Shown here: in pieces, positions 19,029-30,385 of the stretch
Position numbering within the stretch: the first letter of the stretch is position 1
Layout of the letters: each line of letters starts with the position of its first letter
Translations under genes and position numbers: made by a program
Notes under the pieces: generated by a model
What the model was told of the DNA's origin: nothing
Database searches by the model: none
Seen by the model: the letters and a program-made list of their open reading frames with translations, nothing else
NCBI RefSeq assembly: GCF_018977255.1
Contig: NW_024704743.1
Location: forward strand, 29,390,001-29,454,000
Length of the DNA stretch: 64,000 nucleotides
Direction: 5' to 3'
DNA from: Callorhinchus milii
Lineage: Eukaryota

Positions 19029-19254
19029 CAGCATAAAGCCATCAGTTTTTTGCTCCATTAAAGGCTCTGTATTTGATAAGCTTTAAAATATTTACCAGGT
19101 ATATTCTCTGCCAACTTAGTCAGAATCACAACTCCATTATTTGGTAAGTGCTCCTTCAACACTATGTCTTGTGTATATTATATATGATGTATATTTTATG
19201 TATACAACCAGCATTTTGCATATATTACACTGTTATATAATACACATATATATT

Positions 19255-19340
19255 TAAAGCATATTCTGTGAAGCGCTTTGAGACGTCTAGAAGACGTGAA
19301 AAGCGCTATATCAAATGCAAGGATTATTATTATTATTATT
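19255..19340 (+). mobile_element. SINE tail-only insertion
   Basis: atattctgtgaagcgctttgagacgtctagaagacgtgaaaagcgctatatcaaatgcaagga(tta)n. Confidence 0.88.
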
Positions 19341-19579
19341 ATATACAGTATTTATGTATGTATTTACACTAACAGAGATTAACTGGAGTGGCAGAGATTG
19401 CCACAATTAAAATAACTGCAAAAATGCTAAATTTAAATGTTAGAGCAATACATTTTCAAGCTCCAATTCATGTATGTAGGGTGGATGATGTGATAAACTA
19501 AGGTCTCACAATTACTCATCATGCATTCAGCTAATACCATACATCAGGTATGTAATTCAAATGTATAGCTAAATTTTAT

Positions 19580-19915
19580 CATAATCCTTGCATTTTATAT
19601 AGCACCGTATCGTGTCATTGAGACCAAGTGCTTCACAGAATATATTGTAAAGTGAATTGACTGTATATTTTGTGGGCAAAACGCAGCAGTCTATTGCGCA
19701 CAGTCATTGATTGAGTGACCAAATTATTTATTTTTTAAAAAATATATAGAAGGGTTTATTACCCCCAGAAAAGCGATCCGCCAATCGACTAATGACTGGG
19801 TTCCTACTAACTGCAGGTAAACAGAAGTGCGTGGAGTAAAGAAACCTGCCTAAGATTTGGCCGTGTCCGGGAATCAGACCAGGATCCTCTCGCTTGAGAG
19901 GCGAGCGCTCTAACC
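19580..19915 (-). mobile_element. tRNA-derived SINE, long form, nearly full length
   Basis: Reverse complement has ggttagagcgctcgcctctcaagcgagagg head, ctctgtttacc-like middle and the common tail. Confidence 0.88.
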
Positions 19916-20039
19916 AATACTTGTTTTAAATGGCAAATAACCTGCTGTACAGAGCACAGAACAGTTCCGATGATCTCACCATGAAACATCAAATTTTTAC
20001 AGTACAAACGTTTCTCAAGCGTTATGTCATTTCCATGAA

Positions 20040-20262
20040 ATCTAGAATATATTTCTTGGCATCCAGGATGGCTGGAATGTGGAATTCTCTGCCATTAGCT
20101 TTTGTTGAGGCAAAGTCCATTGGAGTTTAAAAAGGGAATTAGATAAATGCTTGTAAAAGAATATTAAATGGTAGCAAGCAAGAGAGTGGGATTAGATGAT
20201 GTTACTCATGTGAAGAACAAACTAGAGTAGATTTGATCAACCAAATAGCTTGTTTATGCACT
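20040..20262 (+). mobile_element. CR1 LINE 3' fragment
   Basis: Peptide RMAGMWNSLPLAFVEAKSIGV followed by aaaagggaattagataaat; CR1 ORF2 C-terminus. Confidence 0.75.
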
Positions 20263-20275
20263 CTGAGCTCGATCT

Positions 20276-20505
20276 TTGGAGAAATTCCACCCGCGTCTAG
20301 ATTTACTCTATTTGTGTAGCATGTTGGAGCATTGTGAATTTGGCAAATTGCTAAATTCGGTTTTAACTTAGTTTTCAGAGTTCTTAAAAGAACTTACTGA
20401 AAACTGGCTTCAAAATTAAGGCAGCATGAAGTGCTTGCAAATACTGGATGCTCTGAAATGTTACATAAATAGAGTAAATCTAGATCCAGGAGGAATTTCT
20501 TCCAA
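20276..20505. mobile_element. Hairpin MITE-like element (~230 bp)
   Basis: Long imperfect terminal inverted repeats ttggagaaattcc..tctagatttactctatttgtgtagcat / atgttacataaatagagtaaatctaga..ggaatttcttccaa, plus a central palindrome. Confidence 0.8.
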
Positions 20506-22744
20506 TTTATGAGATACAATTTGTAGTTTTCCTTAAAGCGCTCCATAACGTATTAAAAGGAAAAAGAAACAACATTTGGTGTCATCTCCAGTTCAGTGGA
20601 TCCTCTCAGTGTCCTAGTGCTATCTTTTTCTGACCCTGAGGGGATTCATTTTCTTTTGAGCATTGTAATTTTCTTTTGAGCACTGTGATTTAGCTTTTAG
20701 TTTAATATTGCTTTCCCGGGGGCAATATACCTGGGAGGGCTGAAATCCAAGCTTTCCTTGACCAATACATTAATATTTAACAATCACGCAAGTACCCCTG
20801 AAGCCTCTGGGGTGATTGCTAAAAGTTTTTTGGGGGCTCAGAAGAACATGGAGTCAGCCTAGGCAAACTATCATGCATTGTTCGGGGCGACTGTGTGACA
20901 GATTGATAAGTTGGTATGTCCTTGTGACCCAATATGCAGGGTAAAGGACATAGCCAACTAGTATGGTGTCCAGACTCCATTAATTCACCAGTTACTGGTT
21001 GGGTTGAATGTCTCTATCTCCAGTCTTAGAAAGCTCCTCCCTATTGTATCATTGCTAGATGATGGGAGTTCGTAAATCTCACTAACTTGCTCGTCAGAGG
21101 GCCCCACACACTGTGTGATTGTCTACACTGCTTCGCATTTGCTGGAGTTTTGCAGGGAAGACGCATGGCTCTCACGAGAGTGCAAATGAACTGAAGATTA
21201 ATAAAAAGACATCAATGCTTTCAACATTTGGCTTCTAGAATTTCAACCCGCAGGTCTCTTATTCATTGCTCTTATCGATTTAATAAGCAAACAATATGGA
21301 CATGTACGAGACCAGCTTAGTTTATTTTAGCATCCATTTTACCTCTCCTGAATTTACATTTCTCATCTAAAATGCATTAATGTGTCAGGTTAATCTGATA
21401 GAATTCATTTTCTTGAGAGCTAAAATTACTAGAACAGTCCAAGTTCTCCAATTAAAATCTCAGTGATGGACACAGAATTTACAATTCAATGCCTCTTTGG
21501 CTAACAGTTTGTCCTCAAGGCTGGATAACATTTTGGTCTTAAAGTAGCTCTTCAATCTTAATTCTTTTTAGGAAGCAGCTACGACATCAATGAAATCTAC
21601 TGCAGGGTACAGACATCAAAATTCAGTAAAACGGCCCAGGCAAGACCTAATGCCTCTATCTAACCCCACTTCATTGGACTTCATTAGTGGAACTGTCAGA
21701 TTATCAGATAAGAGAATGAAATGGGAAGACTGTGAGAGATTATACAAGAGTGCACAAGAATCAGAGCAGTCATAAACAATGTCAGGAAAGTATAGCTCCC
21801 CATCATGTTTTCTTATCTCAACCATTCATTATTAGCTTGATGGAGTGGAGGAGCTTCCAGGAATCGATGGTGCAAATTGTTTATCTTTAATTATAATCTT
21901 CAACCTACTGTTCACAATTCTTGCAGTTTTTGAAATTGCAGGAAAGATACCAACCAGTCAATGCCTCACAGATTGCACCAAAGATCATAGCCTGGTTGAA
22001 TGCATTTTGACCAAAGGAATGAGTTACGAAAGTCCAGATGGACATTCTAGTTGAAAATGTTGTGACTTTTATGATTAGTGACACAGTTGTAACTTAAGTT
22101 TGGCTTGGAGAGAAAACTCAAGCTGTGTCCAAAGCTTTTAACTCAAATCAAAACGACTGTATTCACTTGAGAACACCAGTGCAGGGATGTAAATGGATAT
22201 CCAATTCATTTTTCTTTATATGCATCATGGGAGTTGAAGACTGAGTCTAAAATGTGGGAGGTGAGCAACTCTGGCTTTGGAACATTGTTTTTCAACTTAC
22301 TCACACAGAAAAACGGACTGCGGAAGCTAATTTGGTCAAAAGTTCATGGTTATTGAATTAACCATGTAAGCGCTGTAGCATAAAAGGTTTACACAATTGA
22401 TTTTTTTAAGGTATTTGACAAGGCACAAATGCAAATCAATATTAATTTTAATCAATTATAGGCCAGAATAAGTTACCTAAAAGGAGTGGTTAAGGCCAGG
22501 TCTCATTTAAGGGAATAGAGGGTACTGCGAAAGGATGTGATCAACTGACTGGAATGCCTTCTTCATTCACAGCTCTGGTGAAATTCTGCAAGTCTTAACG
22601 GGTCCAAAGTGAACAAGGAAAGGGAAGCTCGCTGTTCATAATGGAAAGCTATGTCATTTTACATCCAAAAAAATTGCATTTACATGTGGGAAGGATGTCT
22701 TCATATAGCTGTCTGGGAGCCTGAGCTTGGGATGGTGGTGAGGG

Positions 22745-22997
22745 GAAAGTAGGTGGTTAAAGTCTAGCAGTATCCCATTGCACACTATGGGATCCCCAAG
22801 CCTTGACTCTTGCCAACTTGTGCCTAATGCTTCCTGGAATTAGGTGGGTGGGTTACATCTCTCTGGGGAGAGAAAGTGCACATTTCATTCCAGACAAATG
22901 GAAATTTTCAAGTGTATGTGGAACTCTAGTTTGGGTTGCATATTAAGCATGGTGATGGGTTTCCGTGTTTGCCAGATATCTGGCTGACCAAAAAAAA
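22745..22997 (+). repeat. Unclassified poly(A)-ended interspersed repeat, copy 1 (3' part)
   Basis: Aligns by eye with 23430-23662 and 45840-46098; ends gatgggtttccgtgtttgccagatatctggctgacc(A)8. Confidence 0.75.
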
Positions 22998-23119
22998 TTT
23001 AAATCTAAATCACCTTAATTAAAAAAGAACACAACCCGCTGCTGTGTTTGTATGTTTACGCAGGCATTTCACCCTGCCAAGGAAGTGCACAATTCTAGGA
23101 AAATGAAAGGAAAATGAAA

Positions 23120-23662
23120 GACCCTTGGTGATAAGGTGATAACATGCCTGGCAATGGGATGTCGGAATCGAGCCAGCCCTCCGCAGTCTCAGTAGTCCAG
23201 TTCCTGAGCCAGCCAGGTCCGCAGTATTCCAGGGCATTGCTGATGACAACACAGCCAGCCTAGCTTATTGTTTGGACCTGGATGGGCAGACCAGTCACTG
23301 GGGGCAGGGAGTCATCCCACTCAGCTCCTGTTAACCCTGCAAGCCAAAGCCCTAAAGGGTAGGGTGGTCCTAGCTGGACAAGCAGCGGGAAAGCCTGCCA
23401 GATAGCAGTATCAAAGGCAAGCTAAGCGGTTTTAGCTGGTTAGACTCCAGCAGTACCTCAACACTCACTCTGGGGTGACCAAGCCTTGGCTTTTGTCAAC
23501 CTGCACCAAATACTTTCCAGAATTAGGAAGCAGGATGTGTCCGTCCATGGAGAGAGAGCACATTCCATTCCAGCAATCTATCTCTGGAATTTCCATGTGT
23601 AGGTGGGAAGCCTGTAGATGGGTTTCCGCATTATGTCAAGACTCCCGGCTAACCAAAAAAAA
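23120..23662 (+). repeat. Unclassified poly(A)-ended interspersed repeat, copy 2 (longest)
   Basis: Shares ctcctgttaaccct.caagccaaagcc...gctggtta.actccag...ccaagccttgg with 45725-46098; ends gatgggtttccgcattatgtcaagactcccggctaacc(A)8. Confidence 0.75.
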
Positions 23663-24366
23663 GGAACCAAGGAACACAAAATGCATGGCCCTCATGATCA
23701 TTTCCATAGCACAGCTTCTGAATGCTTATGTAAAAATTGCACCCCTTAATCTCTTTGATTACTGGAAAAAAGTACTCTGAGCTGGCAGTCTGAAGTAACA
23801 AGGGACAATGGGTAAGGAGACACCCTTCACTGGAACTCCAGACTTGGAAGACAGATTGAACTGATAACTGTCCCTTTAACACAGAAAGATGTAAACATTT
23901 GAAGAGCATTTCGTTCACAAAGGACTCCTCGCCAGACAGTCAAGGTTCAATGTTAGGCTTAAGTAACAATTAAACGTTTCTGCATTCATTGGGCAAACCT
24001 TTAGAGTTGCAAGTGGGACGGAAGCTTTTCACATTAATTCCCATTTTGGGAGAGAGAGAGAGAGGGCAATAGGAGAAGGAAAGAAACCAGCAGAAACAAG
24101 CCAGAGAGGGTGTCTTGAGCAGTCACACAACAGCACTGAATTCAGCCATCTGCTGCTCAAAGCACCCAGCCTCCTATCTAGGGGTTAGCAGAAGTATTGG
24201 GAGGGGGTGGGGTGCAGAGAGGGAAGCACTTTATCCTCTTGAATCAAAGCTTTAAAAAACATGCAACTTTAAGAAAGAGAAGAGCATCATAAGACGATTA
24301 AATTCTGCCAGCATTTTGTAGTTTGCAGCATTTCCTTCTGGTTGCTCTCCAAATTTGTTTATTAGG

Positions 24367-24460
24367 TTTTTTTGGTCAGCTGAGTGTCTGATACACACGG
24401 AAACCCATCTCCTTTTTTTGAGAGTATCTGAAGCATACAGAGTTCAACATTCGTATGTCA
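24367..24460 (-). repeat. Unclassified poly(A)-ended interspersed repeat, copy 3 (3' end)
   Basis: Reverse complement ends gatgggtttccgtgtgtatcagacactcagctgacc(A)7. Confidence 0.7.
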
Positions 24461-24666
24461 CTTTTGCATAGAGCATTTCCTTTCAGTCATAAAAGACAGC
24501 TACATTTGGGAGTACAGGCTGCTGACACACGCTGTCCAGGCTCACTTTGGTGCCAATACAAGTATAACCCAGAATCAATAACCACGTTTAAGTAAAGTGG
24601 AAGAAAAAGAAACACTGGGATGGGTCAGTAGCAGTTAGGATTGGCTAAATGTGTCAGATGTCACTC

Positions 24667-24986
24667 AATAATAAAATAATAATAATCCTTGCATTTGAAA
24701 TAGCGCTTTTCACGTCTTCTAGATGTCTCAAAGCGCTTCATAGTATATACTGTAAAGTGAATTGACTGTATATTTGTGGGCGAAACGCGGCAGCCAATTG
24801 CGCACAGCAGTGTCCCACAAACAGTCATGGATTGAAGTGACAAATTTTATTATTTTTTTTCTCTTGAGGGATTATTATCAGACGTGTGGAGTAAGCAAAC
24901 TTGCCCAAGGTTTCGCGCTGCTGGGAATCAAACCCAGGTCTCTCGCTTGTAAGGTGAGTGCTCTAACCACTGAGCTACAGGACTCC
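24667..24986 (-). mobile_element. tRNA-derived SINE, short form, full length
   Basis: Head GGAGTCCTGTAGCTCAGTGGTTAGAGC...GGGTTTGATTCCC; common tail. Confidence 0.93.
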
Positions 24987-26269
24987 CCAAGCTCATCTGC
25001 AGCAACCAAGACATGAGAACATTAAATTTAGGTGGGAACCACGGGAAGAATGAAGCTGCATTGTTAAACATTACATTTTCATTCATCCAACATTACATTA
25101 CATACAGAAAATAAAACATAACACTTTTTATCGTTCTCACGTGCCAAAAGCAATGATGTTCAGGCAGGATGCTGACACTTTGCTGTTTCAGTAGACATGT
25201 CTAGAATGCACAAGACTGCATATAAGATAAAATCCAACCCATCTTCGCACAAAATCACAGTGGCCTAATAACAACCTTTCAAAAGGAATGAAGATTGGAT
25301 GAATTAATTCAACTAATCAGCAACCACAACAACAACAACTTGCATTTATATAGTGCCCTTCACGCAGGGTAGTGTCTCAGAGAGCTTAAGTCACTCACTT
25401 TTCTCCCCTTTTGCTCTTAATTCACACGTGAACTGCGTTGTTCTGTTATTGTATTCAAAATGGATTCTGCTTTCGTACTAGTATTACATATCAGGTCCAA
25501 ACCGTAGGCATTTAATTGTGTACTGTACAAGTCTATCTATCCAATGCCTATGCATGAATTATTAGACAAATTATAAAACAGACCCAAGATTTCAAACAAA
25601 AGTTAGTTTCTCAATCCTTAGGAGTTTCCAAATGACATATGGTTCCAATGGAAATTTATGAGGTGAAAAATACAACATTTCATAAAAGATTCAATGTGAT
25701 AACTATCGCGTTGAGACTGACATTTTGCAGCCCTCATTCCCACTTTGTTCAATTTGCTTTCCTTCACAGATTTCTGTACAATATTACATTCCGAGGTTTG
25801 GTACACAGAACTTGTTTAAAAGCATTTAAAACCTACATTACATGATACCTTAGTAGGATATATGGAGCTGGTCCAGGAATGCTGATTTGAAGGCTTCATC
25901 ATCACATGAGAGTAACTGGCACCCAATATGGAAACTAACATTTTAAACAGACTGTAAAGAAATCATGGTACATTTTGGAACATTGGATTTAGCACATTCT
26001 CTCCAATACACTTCTAAAACCTGTAACTTGGAACATAATTAAGTTTAATTTTAGGTTGATATGAAACGCGCATGTTTATTTTCAATTCTGTCACTATACT
26101 TCAGAATATGGCAGGTGTTACATAACTGTTACATAACTAACTGCCAAGGAATAAGAGGTAAATAGAATAGAAAACCGAACTTCATGTAAATGTTGGCTTC
26201 CAAAGTTCAATTAAATGGAAGAAAATGTTTACTTGAATCAAAAAAAAATTTAAATTCAATTCAATTTGA

Positions 26270-27090
26270 AAATTTACCCTTGATCACTACCATCAGCACC
26301 GCCACACCTAAGGCCCTGGCAGCATCACCATCCAAGGATGCACATTCCACTTCACTAAGCCTAGGCATCTTGTTTGACCCTTAACTGTGTTTTCTGCCCC
26401 ACATCTGCACCATGACACCCCTCTGCCTTCCCCCACCTCCACAACATCACCCACCTCCACTACCGCCTCAAACCTCAGGCCGACAAAACCCTCATTCATG
26501 CATTCATCACATCTTGGTTCGACTATACCAACTGCCTGCTTGCCGGCTTTCCCAACTCTTTCCTCCACAAGTTGCAGATCATCCAGAACTCTGTAGCTCA
26601 TGTCCTCTCCCGCAACAGGCTCTGTGACCCCATCAACCCCACACTCGCCCGGCTCAATTGGGTCCCCATCCCCCAGAAAATAAGAGTTTAAAATCCTTCT
26701 CCTTGCCTTCAATGCCTTCCACGGCCTTGCCCCTTCCTACCTCTGTAACCTGCTAACCCCATATCAACCTGTCCTCTCCCTCCACTTAGCAGGCTCCAAC
26801 AGGCCTGGTCCGTCCCACCCCACCATCGTCCCACCCCACCATCAACCTCTCTACCCCCACCCTTTGGAACTCTATCCCACATTGCCTTCGCCTCGCTCTC
26901 TCTTTCCTCCTTCAAGGCACATCTCAAGACTTTCCTCTTCGACCGCGCCTTCAGCCACTCTCCTACCCTCCACCCTCCCTGATCCCGACCCCCACCACCC
27001 CCGGCTCTGGTCCAAATCCTTGACTGTCCAGTGCTTTGGGATGTCCTGCCAACTTGAAAGGCGCTATACAAATGTAATTTTGTAGTGTGT
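26270..27090 (+). mobile_element. L2-clade LINE 3' fragment (~0.8 kb, degenerate)
   Basis: SLGILFDP motif, then TLIHAFITSWFDYTNCLLAGFP...KLQIIQNSVA...LNWVPIPQKIRV; L2 3' tail. Confidence 0.9.
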
Positions 27091-27440
27091 TGTACACTAC
27101 ACTACACTTAATAGTAATTACTGTGAAGCGCTGTGAGACATTTTAATGTGATAAGGTGCTATATCAAATTCAAGGATTATTATTATTGTTGCACAGACAA
27201 AAGGATTAAAGTCAGTATTATTAATTTGTTTCCGTTTCGTTTTACAAATCACAGCGCTGCTAAAGTCAGCACAGGCTGACAGCCACACTCCAGAGCAGTG
27301 CTCCTGCCTTACATCACCAGTCCAGTGAATCGGTGATATTAAACTGAGAGATTGCTGCAGACAGGTTACATATGATGCGTTTCTCCAAGGATTCCTAAAA
27401 AGTAGCTTTTCATTTAAAACCTACCATTGTGGATCCAAAG

Positions 27441-27668
27441 GGGAGAAATTCCACATGGGTCTGTTTACTCTATTTATGTAGCATTTCACAATTTGGCAAA
27501 TGTTTGAAGTCAGTCTGAATTTTGATGCTAGTTTTCTGTAACTTTCTTTTAAAAACTACGGAGAACTGACTTCCAAGTTCAGATTGAATTTAACAATGTG
27601 CTAAATTCCGGATGGTCTGTAATGCTGAGAGCATATACAGTATAGACCCAAGTGGAATTCATTTCTCT
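27441..27668. mobile_element. Hairpin MITE-like element, second copy
   Basis: ggagaaattccacatgggtctgtttactctatttatgtagcat ... agacccaagtggaattcatttctc; homologous to 20276-20505. Confidence 0.75.
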
Positions 27669-27697
27669 ATATTAAGATATAGGGTTTAATATAGGGA

Positions 27698-28058
27698 TCA
27701 GTGGTTTGAGCACTCACTTCGCAAGGGAGAGACCTGGGTTTGATTCCCAGAGGGCGAAATTTTGGGCAAGTTTTCTTACTCCACACGCCTCTGTTTACCC
27801 AGCAGTATGTAGGAACCCAGTTGTTAGTCAATTGGCAGATCGCTTTTCCGGAGGTAATAATTCCTTCAAAACAATAATAAATAATAATTTGGTCACTCAA
27901 TCCACGACTGTTTGTGGGACACTGCTGTGCGCAATTGGCTGCCACTTTTCACCCACAAAATATACAGTCAATTCACTTTACAGTATATTCTGTGAAGCGC
28001 TTTGAGACGTCTTGAAGACATGATAAGGCGCTATACCAATGCAAGGATTATTTTATTA
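27698..28058 (+). mobile_element. tRNA-derived SINE, long form, nearly full length
   Basis: tcagtggtttgagcactcacttcgcaagggagagacctgggtttgattccc head; ctctgtttacccagcagta middle; common tail. Confidence 0.92.
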
Positions 28059-28846
28059 TAAATTATTTAGATTTAAGTGACAATGTGCTCCCTTTTACAT
28101 TATTCTTTGCTTCCTCTTTCTCTTTAAATGTTAAATTTAAACCTTACATTTGTGAATATAATTTTTTGCTATAATATTTTACCACAACAGAAATTAAAAA
28201 GTCATCCCCATTGTATCTTGTTTCTAACACTACAGATGTAAAATTTTATATAAAACTTGCTGTGTATATATATATATATATGCCTTTAGAATGGTACAAC
28301 AAATCTGAGACCTGTGCAGGACTGCAACCACAAAGAGTCTGTATGTCGGCATTGGAGAATTCAGTCTATGATAGATGCAAACAGCCTTCACTGGTGAGAA
28401 ACTATTTAATGCTTTAACCTTTCAAGTATGTGAAGCTGAAGTGTTCTAAAGTGGTGATGAATTAACTAGTAAGTGTTCTCTTCAGACTGGGATAGGCATG
28501 AGCCCAGATTATCTCCCTAGTAAGGCATGCCCTATGCAACACTCCCTTGCATCCTTAGTTTGATGGATTTTGTGCTGGAATTTCTCAGCTTTCAATAACT
28601 TGTTTTTCAGTCTTCTGTCAATCTTTTGCGTCAAATTTCCCCCTGCTCACCTTTTAGCTTAATAAACATTACTAATATAAGCAATTTTATACTGTTTAAA
28701 AAAACAATGCTTTAATTTTCCCTATTCATTGATTGGTTTATGTTTTAGAAATAGGTTCAGAGCAATGAGGTAAAACTGAATTTGGTCTGTTCATTAATTA
28801 ACTAAATTGCAATAATAAATAATACAAATCAAAAAGCTGCCTAATT

Positions 28847-29156
28847 AATAATAATAATCCTTGCATTTGATACAGCGCTTTTCACGTCTTCTGGACGTCT
28901 CAAAGCACTTCACAGAATATACTGTAAAATGAATTGACTATATTTGTGGGCAAAACATGACAGCCAATTGCACACAGCAGTGTCGCCCAAACAGTTGTGG
29001 ATTGAAGTGACCAGTTGTATTATTGTTTTTTTTTTCTTGAGGGATTATTATCAGGCATGTGGAGTAAGGAAACTTGCTCAAGGTTTTGCCCTGGCAATCG
29101 AACCCAGGTCTCTTGCTTGCGAGGCAAATGCTCTAACCACTGAGCTACAGGACTCC
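28847..29156 (-). mobile_element. tRNA(Ala)-like SINE, short form, full length
   Basis: Head GGAGTCCTGTAGCTCAGTGGTTAGAGCATTTGCCTCGCAAGCAAGAGACCTGGGTTCGATTGCC; common tail. Confidence 0.93.
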
Positions 29157-30224
29157 ATTAAGCATCTAAGCATTGTTGAAAAATAATGTACCACTGAAAA
29201 CCTCTATTTGGAATAATATTAGCACCTCTATATAGATGTTTTACTACAATACACTGTGTGGGTTGAGATGCTGCACCATAGAACCTTATGTATATTGATA
29301 TCAATCAACTCCTCCATACAGTGCAGCCTGAGATACTATACCACTGAGCAACCCTAGCTGGAGCCTGATAGAAACTAGCATATCCAGTCATAAAGACTAG
29401 ACATAAGACTAGACATACGCATCTCAGATTACAGAGGGGTTCTTGTGCTAATCTTTATCTGCACACTAACCAATCCTCTTAATTACACTTTTTAAAAGCT
29501 GCAGAAATAAGCCAATCTTAGACCAATATGTTTTTTTCATTGCAAAGTATTGTATTGTGATTGGTTTCAGCTGGAGGTCACAACCAGAAAACCATTGGGT
29601 TTTGAAAATCTTCGAGTAAACATCAAGAACAAAGCAACTTCAAGGTGAGAAAGTCGTGAATATATCTGAATTTGAAGCTTTCGCCACTTTCTCACCTAAT
29701 CGGGTTGGTTCCTGATACTGTATAACAATGTAACAATTCCTGAAGGTTGAGGGTTCGGATTTATACAGAAAAAGGGGTTCGACTTGTTAAAATTGGTAAA
29801 TAGGAGTTAGCCTCCAAGGCTGGGCCAACTTGAGTAAGATATAGGTTGAGGTTGAAAAGACTGTGTCCGGATATTGCGGCTATTTAGTTAAGTGTTTGGT
29901 TTGTTTAATTTATGCACAGTCTTGGAGTAGCTGATGTAAGCTTATTAAGAGGTTTCCTAACGTTTCCTTTCGATCTGTGAATAAACTGACTGTGTTTCAT
30001 GGCTAAGGAAGTATTTACATAGATTACTCTCAGTTAAGGAAAGTTTCATTGCACCAGAGTCTTACCTTTTCATCAATTCAAGATGCATAATGCATTTTCT
30101 CCTGAAGTAATTCTCAATGGTAGAACAATGCTCTGGACATATTTTATGGTAGGTGGTGCACTTTCTCACCAGCAAATGTGCAGTGTTAGTAACCCAGAAA
30201 TCTCTATGCAGAGGTAACGACCTG

Positions 30225-30385
30225 TGGATGAGACATTAAACCGATGCGCTGTCTGACTGTTCAGATGGATGTGAAAGATCCCATGACAATATTAAAAAAG
30301 AAAAGTGAGTTTCTCCTGGTGCCCTGTATAACAATCTCCAGATAAAATTGGTCATTCACTTCATGGCTTGTTTGCTTGCTGTGTA
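30225..30385 (+). mobile_element. Deu-domain SINE central fragment
   Basis: ggatgagacattaaaccga...ttcagatggatgtgaaagatcccatgac...gagtttctcctggtg. Confidence 0.8.

Noticed and set aside
20648..20690. 20-bp tandem duplication (ttttcttttgagca.tgt.a)
   Set aside because: Ordinary slippage duplication.
23238..23260. CTGATGA as a possible hammerhead ribozyme core or C/D snoRNA box
   Set aside because: No correctly placed GAAA with stems, and no convincing C/D pair with terminal stem.
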